From: Azolla caroliniana
Taxonomy: Eukaryota; Plantae; Polypodiophyta
Assembly (NCBI GenBank): GCA_043228905.1
Contig: JBHGNT010000008.1
Coordinates: forward strand, 11,470,001 to 11,534,000
DNA: 64,000 bases
Direction: 5' to 3'
Under the pieces are notes generated by a model. That model did not search any database, was not told the DNA's origin, and worked only from the letters and a program-made list of their open reading frames with translations. The translations under genes were made by a program, and so were the position numbers. Position 1 is the first letter of the stretch. Every line of letters begins with the position of its first letter. Below, piece by piece: positions 11,943 through 24,700 of the stretch.

Positions 11943-13757
11943 ATGGAGAATCAACAAGAGGCGATGAACATGATGATGATGATGGTTGAGCGGATGCAAC
12001 AAGAACAACGCGCGATGACGGAGATGAAGGCGGCAGTAGAGCGGCTTGTGCGACGAAATGGGGAATTCAACGGAAATGATGTGTCACACTATCTACGTGA
12101 CTACAAAGGGGAGATGATGCAATGTGGGATACCGGAAGGATTGCAAGTGATATCCTTCAGTCAGGTAGCCACGGATGAGTTACAAGAAAGAATCTACAAG
12201 ATACGGCAACAAAATCCAACATGGGGGTCCTTCGAAGAAGCTTTACGAGAGGCATATGATTACAAGAGATCGAAGGGAAAATATCGGCGAGAATTCGACG
12301 AATGGGTGGCATCGGAGAAGACCCACCGAAGTGCAACACAAGCATTCCTAGAGTTTGAGCATCGTTTTGCTCGACTCTAGGAGCGAGAACAACGATTGGT
12401 GGGAGAGGATAAAGTCCTAATGTTCGTAAAATCGATTGATCGAAAAGAAAGGATGGACATTGGGATCGAACTCGAAGACGATGAAGGTACAAATGGTCTT
12501 ACTGAAGATTGGGCCGAAGTCCAAAGGGTATGCCGGAGACATGATGAGAGGAAGATGAGAATCTTGTCAACGACATGGCTGATGAAGGATGGTCGATTGA
12601 AGACAAACGATGGAGCCGATATGAAGGCCGAAATACAACATGATGGTGCGACGGAAGAGGGTGTAAAACAAGCTACCCTCTTGTCTTGCGAAAGAACAAC
12701 GACGAAGGATAAGGCCAATAACCCAAGTGTAGAAGAAGATTTCGGATTACAAGTGGCTGAAACATCGGGTGAAAAAGGGGTAAGCATAATTGATGCAGTG
12801 AAAGAGAGCAAGGAGGACTTGATTGAGGAGGTCACCACGAAAGATGCCATCGAATCGAAGGTGGCTATGGACGAATCAACGACGGATGGCCATATCGAGA
12901 CTTCCCCACCACTAATTCTAGAGACTCCGGCGGTTGCGTTCGAAAGGCAACGTGAGACCGAAGAGACGGAAGGTGGTGGAGAGAAAACAAAGGTCGAAGC
13001 CGATTCATACGACGGAGAGATAGCCGAGAAGGAGGCTATGGTTGAAATGACAGAGGATGATAATACCGAGGATTCCTACCCACTAATTCTAGAGACTTCG
13101 GCGGTTGTGTCCGAGAACCAACGTGAGACCGGAGAGACAGGAGGTGGTGGCAAGAAAGGTAAAGTCGGAAGCCGGTTCGGATGGAAGGTGATCCGGACGG
13201 GATTCCGATCCGAAAGAAAGCCGAACCGGGTAAAAGACGATTCGGCCAAAAGACGAACCGAAAGAAAGCCGAACCGGGCGAATGAGGATTCGACCGAAAG
13301 TCGACCCGAAAGAAAGTTGAACCGGGCGAATGAGGATTCGGCCGAAAGACGACCCGAAAGAAAGCCGACCCGAAAAGGGGTCGACTCGGTCAAAACCGAT
13401 CGACCGAGTCTGACTTGGCCGAACGCGAATATGGATGGAAGCCGACCTAGCCGAAAGCCGATCGGACGAGACCGATCCGGAAAGAAGCTAATCCGACTCA
13501 ATCGGAGGTTGGACCGGTCGAGGCTGGTGAAAACGAGGAAAAGAAAGCCAACCGAAACCGAAACCGATAGATCGAAACCGGGCCGGAAGGAGACCGACTC
13601 AATCGAAACCGAACACGAATGCGATTCCGATTCGGCCGAATACGAATGCGATCGGAAGCCGATCAAACCGAAAGTTGATCGGACGAGAGAAATCCGGAAA
13701 AAAGTCAAGGTTGATGAAGACAAGAAAGAGGCCAGTAAAAGACACTACCACGAATGA
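11943..13757 (+). pseudogene. gag-like ORF with long charged tail and one in-frame TAG (12378-12380), array unit 1
   Basis: The 152-aa and 453-aa ORFs are in the same frame, and homologues read TCG at the stop position. Capsid-like segment FNGNDVSHYL...EFEHRFARL; no PR, RT or IN. Confidence 0.75.
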
Positions 13758-14719
13758 CAAGGGCCAAGAATATGACGAGAGAGAACAAAGAATATGGTGG
13801 ATCGGATGGCGACAATGGTTCGGGTGGAAAGAATGGGTCTACTCAAAATGGAGAGACAAAGTTGACATAGCGGGACAAACGGAGGATGAAGGGGAGACAA
13901 CGAGCATCGGCAACTTCGGCACATACCGGAGGATGTGCGGGTTCGGAGGGGGCGAGTGTCGTAGTGTATTTCGTACACTACGTGAAAAAGTAAAAATAAT
14001 ATAACCGATTTAATTACATATAAATAAATAAAATAATATATCAAGATATTTATCACGTGCATAGGGCAAGATTCGAACCCTGTACCTCCACATAGCCAAA
14101 CCTCAACTTTACCATTATGCTACATTATCTTTAGTGTTTTATAAATAGATTTAATAACTATAAGTGCTTTATTTGCGCCTACCTTTATTAAAAGGTAAAC
14201 CATGCATTTTTAGAGTGCGTGAATATTTTATAGAAAAACGCAAGCAACTAAAAAGTGACTCATGCACATCTAGCGTGCATGAGCACTATATTTAGCAAAT
14301 AAAAGCAAGGATTAGAAAAGCATCACATGCACATTTAGTGTGCATGAACATATGAGAAAAAGCATGTAGCTATGCTTAGTCTCTCCCATCACTATATAAG
14401 GATGGGGAGCACATTGTAGTTTTTGTTGATTATTTTTCTATAATGATCAATCAATCTAAAATATTCGTGGGATTCACGAATTTGCGAAAATAATTCTCTC
14501 TTACTACCTAAATATTGACTAAATATACTAAACTCGTGGGATTCACGAGATTGCTATCTTACTTCTCTTTCTAATAATCTATCCATTACTAGCCTCATCT
14601 CATATTCTTCTTTCTCCTAGTCCAAAACCCCAGCGGTTCCCACCCGACTCACGCAACGATCCGGAGCCGAAAGGCACGACACAGTTGGTGAACCCGACGT
14701 GAAGACGAGTGGCAAGGGG

Positions 14720-16534
14720 ATGGAGAATCAACAAGAGGCGATGAACATGATGATGATGATGGTTGAGCGGATGCAACAAGAACAACGCGCGATGACGGAG
14801 ATGAAGGCGGCAGTAGAGCGGCTTGTGCGACGAAATGGGGAATTCAACGGAAATGATGTGTCACACTATCTACGTGACTACAAAGGGGAGATGATGCAAT
14901 GTGGGATACCGGAAGGATTGCAAGTGATATCCTTCAGTCAGGTAGCCACGGATGAGTTACAAGAAAGAATCTACAAGATACGGCAACAAAATCCAACATG
15001 GGGGTCCTTCGAAGAAGCTTTACGAGAGGCATATGATTACAAGAGATCGAAGGGAAAATATCGGCGAGAATTCGACGAATGGGTGGCATCGGAGAAGACC
15101 CACCGAAGTGCAACACAAGCATTCCTAGAGTTTGAGCATCGTTTTGCTCGACTCTAGGAGCGAGAACAACGATTGGTGGGAGAGGATAAAGTCCTAATGT
15201 TCGTAAAATCGATTGATCGAAAAGAAAGGATGGACATTGGGATCGAACTCGAAGACGATGAAGGTACAAATGGTCTTACTGAAGATTGGGCCGAAGTCCA
15301 AAGGGTATGCCGGAGACATGATGAGAGGAAGATGAGAATCTTGTCAACGACATGGCTGATGAAGGATGGTCGATTGAAGACAAACGATGGAGCCGATATG
15401 AAGGCCGAAATACAACATGATGGTGCGACGGAAGAGGGTGTAAAACAAGCTACCCTCTTGTCTTGCGAAAGAACAACGACGAAGGATAAGGCCAATAACC
15501 CAAGTGTAGAAGAAGATTTCGGATTACAAGTGGCTGAAACATCGGGTGAAAAAGGGGTAAGCATAATTGATGCAGTGAAAGAGAGCAAGGAGGACTTGAT
15601 TGAGGAGGTCACCACGAAAGATGCCATCGAATCGAAGGTGGCTATGGACGAATCAACGACGGATGGCCATATCGAGACTTCCCCACCACTAATTCTAGAG
15701 ACTCCGGCGGTTGCGTTCGAAAGGCAACGTGAGACCGAAGAGACGGAAGGTGGTGGAGAGAAAACAAAGGTCGAAGCCGATTCATACGACGGAGAGATAG
15801 CCGAGAAGGAGGCTATGGTTGAAATGACAGAGGATGATAATACCGAGGATTCCTACCCACTAATTCTAGAGACTTCGGCGGTTGTGTCCGAGAACCAACG
15901 TGAGACCGGAGAGACAGGAGGTGGTGGCAAGAAAGGTAAAGTCGGAAGCCGGTTCGGATGGAAGGTGATCCGGACGGGATTCCGATCCGAAAGAAAGCCG
16001 AACCGGGTAAAAGACGATTCGGCCAAAAGACGAACCGAAAGAAAGCCGAACCGGGCGAATGAGGATTCGACCGAAAGTCGACCCGAAAGAAAGTTGAACC
16101 GGGCGAATGAGGATTCGGCCGAAAGACGACCCGAAAGAAAGCCGACCCGAAAAGGGGTCGACTCGGTCAAAACCGATCGACCGAGTCTGACTTGGCCGAA
16201 CGCGAATATGGATGGAAGCCGACCTAGCCGAAAGCCGATCGGACGAGACCGATCCGGAAAGAAGCTAATCCGACTCAATCGGAGGTTGGACCGGTCGAGG
16301 CTGGTGAAAACGAGGAAAAGAAAGCCAACCGAAACCGAAACCGATAGATCGAAACCGGGCCGGAAGGAGACCGACTCAATCGAAACCGAACACGAATGCG
16401 ATTCCGATTCGGCCGAATACGAATGCGATCGGAAGCCGATCAAACCGAAAGTTGATCGGACGAGAGAAATCCGGAAAAAAGTCAAGGTTGATGAAGACAA
16501 GAAAGAGGCCAGTAAAAGACACTACCACGAATGA
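14720..16534 (+). pseudogene. gag-like ORF, array unit 2
   Basis: Same translation as unit 1, including the internal TAG. Confidence 0.75.
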
Positions 16535-17496
16535 CAAGGGCCAAGAATATGACGAGAGAGAACAAAGAATATGGTGGATCGGATGGCGACAATGGTTCGG
16601 GTGGAAAGAATGGGTCTACTCAAAATGGAGAGACAAAGTTGACATAGCGGGACAAACGGAGGATGAAGGGGAGACAACGAGCATCGGCAACTTCGGCACA
16701 TACCGGAGGATGTGCGGGTTCGGAGGGGGCGAGTGTCGTAGTGTATTTCGTACACTACGTGAAAAAGTAAAAATAATATAACCGATTTAATTACATATAA
16801 ATAAATAAAATAATATATCAAGATATTTATCACGTGCATAGGGCAAGATTCGAACCCTGTACCTCCACATAGCCAAACCTCAACTTTACCATTATGCTAC
16901 ATTATCTTTAGTGTTTTATAAATAGATTTAATAACTATAAGTGCTTTATTTGCGCCTACCTTTATTAAAAGGTAAACCATGCATTTTTAGAGTGCGTGAA
17001 TATTTTATAGAAAAACGCAAGCAACTAAAAAGTGACTCATGCACATCTAGCGTGCATGAGCACTATATTTAGCAAATAAAAGCAAGGATTAGAAAAGCAT
17101 CACATGCACATTTAGTGTGCATGAACATATGAGAAAAAGCATGTAGCTATGCTTAGTCTCTCCCATCACTATATAAGGATGGGGAGCACATTGTAGTTTT
17201 TGTTGATTATTTTTCTATAATGATCAATCAATCTAAAATATTCGTGGGATTCACGAATTTGCGAAAATAATTCTCTCTTACTACCTAAATATTGACTAAA
17301 TATACTAAACTCGTGGGATTCACGAGATTGCTATCTTACTTCTCTTTCTAATAATCTATCCATTACTAGCCTCATCTCATATTCTTCTTTCTCCTAGTCC
17401 AAAACCCCAGCGGTTCCCACCCGACTCACGCAACGATCCGGAGCCGAAAGGCACGACACAGTTGGTGAACCCGACGTGAAGACGAGTGGCAAGGGG

Positions 17497-19311
17497 ATGG
17501 AGAATCAACAAGAGGCGATGAACATGATGATGATGATGGTTGAGCGGATGCAACAAGAACAACGCGCGATGACGGAGATGAAGGCGGCAGTAGAGCGGCT
17601 TGTGCGACGAAATGGGGAATTCAACGGAAATGATGTGTCACACTATCTACGTGACTACAAAGGGGAGATGATGCAATGTGGGATACCGGAAGGATTGCAA
17701 GTGATATCCTTCAGTCAGGTAGCCACGGATGAGTTACAAGAAAGAATCTACAAGATACGGCAACAAAATCCAACATGGGGGTCCTTCGAAGAAGCTTTAC
17801 GAGAGGCATATGATTACAAGAGATCGAAGGGAAAATATCGGCGAGAATTCGACGAATGGGTGGCATCGGAGAAGACCCACCGAAGTGCAACACAAGCATT
17901 CCTAGAGTTTGAGCATCGTTTTGCTCGACTCTAGGAGCGAGAACAACGATTGGTGGGAGAGGATAAAGTCCTAATGTTCGTAAAATCGATTGATCGAAAA
18001 GAAAGGATGGACATTGGGATCGAACTCGAAGACGATGAAGGTACAAATGGTCTTACTGAAGATTGGGCCGAAGTCCAAAGGGTATGCCGGAGACATGATG
18101 AGAGGAAGATGAGAATCTTGTCAACGACATGGCTGATGAAGGATGGTCGATTGAAGACAAACGATGGAGCCGATATGAAGGCCGAAATACAACATGATGG
18201 TGCGACGGAAGAGGGTGTAAAACAAGCTACCCTCTTGTCTTGCGAAAGAACAACGACGAAGGATAAGGCCAATAACCCAAGTGTAGAAGAAGATTTCGGA
18301 TTACAAGTGGCTGAAACATCGGGTGAAAAAGGGGTAAGCATAATTGATGCAGTGAAAGAGAGCAAGGAGGACTTGATTGAGGAGGTCACCACGAAAGATG
18401 CCATCGAATCGAAGGTGGCTATGGACGAATCAACGACGGATGGCCATATCGAGACTTCCCCACCACTAATTCTAGAGACTCCGGCGGTTGCGTTCGAAAG
18501 GCAACGTGAGACCGAAGAGACGGAAGGTGGTGGAGAGAAAACAAAGGTCGAAGCCGATTCATACGACGGAGAGATAGCCGAGAAGGAGGCTATGGTTGAA
18601 ATGACAGAGGATGATAATACCGAGGATTCCTACCCACTAATTCTAGAGACTTCGGCGGTTGTGTCCGAGAACCAACGTGAGACCGGAGAGACAGGAGGTG
18701 GTGGCAAGAAAGGTAAAGTCGGAAGCCGGTTCGGATGGAAGGTGATCCGGACGGGATTCCGATCCGAAAGAAAGCCGAACCGGGTAAAAGACGATTCGGC
18801 CAAAAGACGAACCGAAAGAAAGCCGAACCGGGCGAATGAGGATTCGACCGAAAGTCGACCCGAAAGAAAGTTGAACCGGGCGAATGAGGATTCGGCCGAA
18901 AGACGACCCGAAAGAAAGCCGACCCGAAAAGGGGTCGACTCGGTCAAAACCGATCGACCGAGTCTGACTTGGCCGAACGCGAATATGGATGGAAGCCGAC
19001 CTAGCCGAAAGCCGATCGGACGAGACCGATCCGGAAAGAAGCTAATCCGACTCAATCGGAGGTTGGACCGGTCGAGGCTGGTGAAAACGAGGAAAAGAAA
19101 GCCAACCGAAACCGAAACCGATAGATCGAAACCGGGCCGGAAGGAGACCGACTCAATCGAAACCGAACACGAATGCGATTCCGATTCGGCCGAATACGAA
19201 TGCGATCGGAAGCCGATCAAACCGAAAGTTGATCGAACGAGAGAAATCCGGAAAAAAGTCAAGGTTGATGAAGACAAGAAAGAGGCCAGTAAAAGACACT
19301 ACCACGAATGA
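17497..19311 (+). pseudogene. gag-like ORF, array unit 3
   Basis: Same translation as unit 1, with one synonymous G>A at 19236. Confidence 0.75.
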
Positions 19312-21751
19312 CAAGGGCCAAGAATATGACGAGAGAGAACAAAGAATATGGTGGATCGGATGGCGACAATGGTTCGGGTGGAAAGAATGGGTCTACTCAA
19401 AATGGAGAGACAAAGTTGACATAGCGGGACAAACGGAGGATGAAGGGGAGACAACGAGCATCGGCAACTTCGGCACATACCGGAGGATGTGCGGGTTCGG
19501 AGGGGGCGAGTGTCGTAGTGTATTTCGTACACTACGTGAAAAAGTAAAAATAATATAACCGATTTAATTACATATAAATAAATAAAATAATATATCAAGA
19601 TATTTATCACGTGCATAGGGCAAGATTCGAACCCTGTACCTCCACATAGCCAAACCTCAACTTTACCATTATGCTACATTATCTTTAGTGTTTTATAAAT
19701 AGATTTAATAACTATAAGTGCTTTATTTGCGCCTACCTTTATTAAAAGGTAAACCATGCATTTTTAGAGTGCGTGAATATTTTATAGAAAAACGCAAGCA
19801 ACTAAAAAGTGACTCATGCACATCTAGCGTGCATGAGCACTATATTTAGCAAATAAAAGCAAGGATTAGAAAAGCATCACATGCACATTTAGTGTGCATG
19901 AACATATGAGAAAAAGCATGTAGCTATGCTTAGTCTCTCCCATCACTATATAAGGATGGGGAGCACATTGTAGTTTTTGTTGATTATTTTTCTATAATGA
20001 TCAATCAATCTAAAATATTCGTGGGATTCACGAATTTGCGAAAATAATTCTCTCTTACTACCTAAATATTGACTAAATATACTAAACTCGTGGGATTCAC
20101 GAGATTGCTATCTTACTTCTCTTTCTAATAATCTATCCATTACTAGCCTCATCTCATATTCTTCTTTCTCCTAGTCCAAAACCCCAGCGGTTCCCACCCG
20201 ACTCACGCAACGATCCGGAGCCGAAAGGCACGACAACGCCGTTTTGCTCCGGCGTGTATCTACAACTGAATTCGCGCCGAATTCCCATCTGTTGTAGATA
20301 ACCGTTGAATTGACCCGAAAAGTATTCTTTTCCACCATCCGACCGTAGGCACTTGATCTTTCTTCCTGTTTCCATTTCCACGAACCCTTTGAGGTCCCGA
20401 AAACAGTCCAAGACTTCGCTCTTCCTCTCAATGAGGTAGATCCAAGTGTGTCGCGTCGCGTGTAGTCGTTGATGAAGGAGACGAAATATCGGCTCCTGCC
20501 AAGACTAACATTTTGTGTCTGCCCCCACACATCGGAGTGTATGAAATCGAGCTTGTTCCAGCTCTAGTTACACTCGTTGGGGAAAGGAAGTCGGTGTTGC
20601 TTCCCACGCTGGCAGGCTTCACAAATTTGTGCCTTCCGACCACTAAAATTGGGCAATCCGAACACCACTTTTTTCGATTGTAGGTCTAGAAACCACTGGT
20701 AGTTGACGTGGCCTATCCGCTTGTGCCATAAGTCGATGTCCGACTCGACTTTTTGTCCCTTCGCGAACATTGCAGTGCCATTGTCAGTAGAGTCGAGGAT
20801 GAACATCCTCCCATCTCTGCACCCTTGCGCAATAACACGGCCTTCTTCGTCAATGAAGCACCCGAGATGTGTAAACCGGACCTCCATCCCTTGGTCGACG
20901 ATCTGTCCGACGGACACCAAGTTCTTCGTGATTGTCGAAACGTGTAGCACGTTCATGAGTTTTCCTTTCTGCCCGACATGGCTCAGGGGAACTTCTCCGA
21001 CATTTGCGATCAGATGCGGAGTGTCATCTCCGGTTGCGACTACTCCTGGTTGGTTGCATCGGTTTTTCTAGGTACGAGAACCACTCCTTATGGCTCATCA
21101 TGTGATTTGACGCGCCGGAGTCGACATACCACACCTCGTTCGATTTCGGGGTGGTTTGCTTCAGTGATTGTGCTTCGTGTCTCTTCACGAAGGCAGACCC
21201 TTTTCCAGCTTTTCCGGATCCTTCGGCATAGTGCGATAGCTGCTGGTTTCCTTTATCGGTATGTTCGGAACCAGTCCTCTCCAACTCGGCGCGCTTTTTC
21301 TAGCACTCGCTCTCCCAGTGGCCTTTCTTGCCACAGTACCAGCATTCCGTGGCAGGTTTCCCTTGTCGGTTCTCATCGCCTCGACTCCCCCTGTTTCCGA
21401 AGGGTCCGGAATTGCTGTCGGCATCATTTCGGTGCCTCCTTCCTTGATCTCGTCGGTCGCCTCCATTGCGCACCGACTCGCCTCGTCCTCCACGTCCATG
21501 GGGCCTATCTCCCTCCATGTATAGCATCTTGTTGTCAGTGTGCGTGCTCGTTGACGCACCCGCGTGGTTCTCCTCTACCAAGAGCATCGACTGGAAGTCG
21601 AAAAAGGACGGCGTATTCTCCTGGGTACACACAGCAGTTCGGAACGCCCCGAATTTCGATGCCAAACCCCCGAGACAGACCTGGACCATCTCGCTTTCCT
21701 CGATGTTCACATCGATGGAAGCTAAGGAGTCGCATATGTCCTTGATCTTCG

Positions 21752-24700
21752 TGTTAGGAAACAGGTCCCTCCGAATGATGAAGACCCAGTGAGAACCGGA
21801 TGAGGAGTACCCGACTACGGATGACCCGGTGAGAACCAGATGAGGAGTGCCCGGCTACGGATGACCGCATGAGAACCGGATGATGAAAACCCGGTTAGAA
21901 CCGGATGAGGAGTACCCGGCTACGGATGACCCGGTGAGAACCAGATGACGAGTACCCAGCAAGCGCCGGATTATGCAGGCCCGGTGAAGAGTGCTCACCA
22001 GATGAAGAGACATATTCGTAAATATGTTTCTGAGAGTCCATCGGGGCTATATTTGTAAATAGCCAAAAAGTCATTTTAGTATAAATATGACTTAGGGAAA
22101 ACTGTTGTTTAGGTCTGTGATGTTGTTGTTATTGTTGGCGCAAGATTAGAGCGCGCAACTGTGTACAGATAGAGTGAGAGAGAGGAAGAGGTTGTTGCCT
22201 CTATTGTAACCGCCGCCTGTGGCGAAGATAGAAAGCTCGAGGTTTTTGCCTCGGTGCTTTACCATGTTGTACATTCTAACAGAGTGATAGTTTACAGTCT
22301 GTGGGCTGCCATGGTTTTTCCCGTATTTGGGTTTTCCACATAAACATCCTGTGTACTCTTCTCCTCACTGTGTCATGCCTTCTTTCCCCGTTTTTCTGTG
22401 TTTTATGATTCTAAGCTCGGTTGTGGTCGAGCGTTGTTCATCAAGAGCGTGTGTTCCTGTCAAAGTGGTATCAGAGCAAAACAACACAGAAAATGGACGA
22501 TTCGTTGGGAGGCATGTTCAAGCTCACCAGCTCCAACTATTCGGTGTGGAAATCAAAGATGAGGGACATGCTCATGGTTAAAGATCTTTGCTTGCCAGTT
22601 CAGTTCGAGGACAAGAGACCGGACAAAATCGACGCCACGATATGGGAGGTGATGCACATGAAGACAACGACGTACATACGGTGCTTCATCGACATGAGCC
22701 TATACAACAACTTCAATGAAGAGAGCAAGGCTCATGAGCTCTGGGAGAAGATCGGCATTATGTTTCAAAACAAAAATGTTGTTAATCAGGTTTCGGTATT
22801 CCAAAAGCTAGTAAGACTCCGGTACCAAGATGGCTCCAGCATTGCGGAGCACGTGAATGCTTTCCAAGGGCTGATCCACCAGGCAACATCATTGGAAGTA
22901 ACTCTCGCCGATGAGGTACTAGCGCTACTACTCGGTTCCCTCCCGGATAGCTGGGAGACGTTGGTTGTCACCTTGGGCAACGCCGGGCCAGAAGGGAAAC
23001 GGTTATCCCTAGCAAGAGTAAAGTCGAGCTTGCTAGATGAGGAGGCGCGTCGGAAAGATAAGGATACGAGCTCCGACTCCAAAGCGCTCCTTACCGAATC
23101 GGAACGTGGAAGACAAAGGAACCGTAGTCCCCAAAACCGGGAGAAATCGGGGACACGGTCAAAGTCAAGGGGGAGGCCTACTTGCTTCTATTGCAGCAAG
23201 CCGAGACACTTCCAGAAGAACTGTCGGCATTTTCGGAAAGACAAGGAAACCGATGAGACGTAATGCACCACTAGAGTTGGTGCATACTTATGTGTGTCAA
23301 GTGGACACGAAGTCACATGCAAGATCGCAGTACTTCGTGACGTTCATAGATGACCACAGCCGGAAGCTGTGGGCCACACCGTTGAAGACGAAGGATTAGG
23401 TGTTATCCGTCTTCAAAGAGCTCCACACGAGAGTGGAAAGAGAAACCGGCCGGATGCTGAAGGCGGTTCCAGCAGATAACGGAGGTGAATACTAGGGGCA
23501 GTTCGAGGAGTACTGTCGCTCGAAGGGAATCCCGCTCGAATTTACCGTGCCAAAGACGCCGGAACTAAACAGGCTGGCCGAGAGGATGAACGGAACCATA
23601 ATGGAGAGGGTTCGGAGTAAGCTGGCACATGCAAGACTACCCAAGAAGTTTTGGGCTGAGGCACTGTCGACGTCGACATATGTGATAAACATATCACCCT
23701 CAGTACCCTTGGACGGAGACACGCCACAAAGAGTATGGACCGGTAAAGAAGTATCCTACCGGCATCTGAAGGTATTTAGGTGTCTTGTGTACGTGCATGT
23801 AGCTAAGGACCGGAGAGGAAAGTTGGATCCAAAGACCCGACCATGCATATTCCTCGGTTATGGCGACGATGAGTTCGGCTACCGAGTGTGGGACCTGGTC
23901 GACAAGAAGGTATTCCGTAGTTGAGATATTATCTTCATGGAGGACAAGACGCTCACCGACTGGGAGTCGGAGAAGAAGATAATGAACTCCGAGTCGACAG
24001 GTAAGGATCCATTCCATGATGAGCAGACCCAACCGGCAAGAGACCGGTTAGCACTCGAGGAACCAGCCGGTTACGGTGAGGATACCGAACCGGCAGAAGA
24101 AGAAGTAGAGGAAGCTGAAACTGGAACCGGCCAAGACCCTGAATTGGATTTGGATGAAGAGCAAATGGAGGAGCCGGTTACCGAAGCCCAGAGACGGAGA
24201 TATCCTCTCAGAGAGAGAAGGCCCCTCCGGAGATTTCCGGATGCAGAGCATGTGCTGCTAACCGATGATGGGGAGCCAGAAAGCTTCGAAGAAGCGAAGG
24301 ATGACACCCACAGCCGAAAATGGTTAAGTGCCATGCAGGATGAGATGGATTCCCTGCATGAGAACCATACGTATGAATTGGTGGAGTTGCCGAAAGGAAA
24401 GCGGGCACTCTGAAATAAGTGGGTGTACAAGTTGAAACCGGGAGATGCCGACAACCCCCCGAGATACAAAGCTAGGATCGTGGTGAAGGGGTTCCAGCAG
24501 AAGATGGGCGTGGACTTCGACGAGATATTTGCCCCGGTAGTAAAGATGACCTCCATCCGGACGGTGCTGAGTATAGCGGCAAGCATGGACCTCGAGCTAG
24601 AGCAGCTGGATGTGAAGACGACATTCCTTCACGGTGACCTCGAAGAAGAGATCTACATGCAACAACCGGAAGGATTCGTGGAGAAAGGGAAGGAGCACCT

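Larger units (their letters stand above)
11180..20235 (+). mobile_element. Tandem array of a non-autonomous gag-only LTR element: 4 shared LTRs and 3 internal regions, period 2777 bp
   Basis: LTRs 11180-11904, 13957-14681, 16734-17458, 19511-20235 (725 bp, TGTCG..CGACA). PBS after LTRs 1-3 and PPT ggagggggcgag before LTRs 2-4. 4-bp TSD ACGC; removing the array restores copia B integrase EQNGVAER. Confidence 0.95.

Noticed and set aside
12378-12380. Programmed readthrough at the in-frame TAG
   Set aside because: Homologues at ~49923, ~53597 and ~58420 have TCG here and no pol follows, so a simple nonsense mutation is more likely.
12377-13723. Antisense ORFs of 157 and 215 aa in the array (and equivalents at 50-62 kb)
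   Set aside because: Ser/Phe/Leu-rich shadows of the purine-rich sense ORF, with no recognisable motif.
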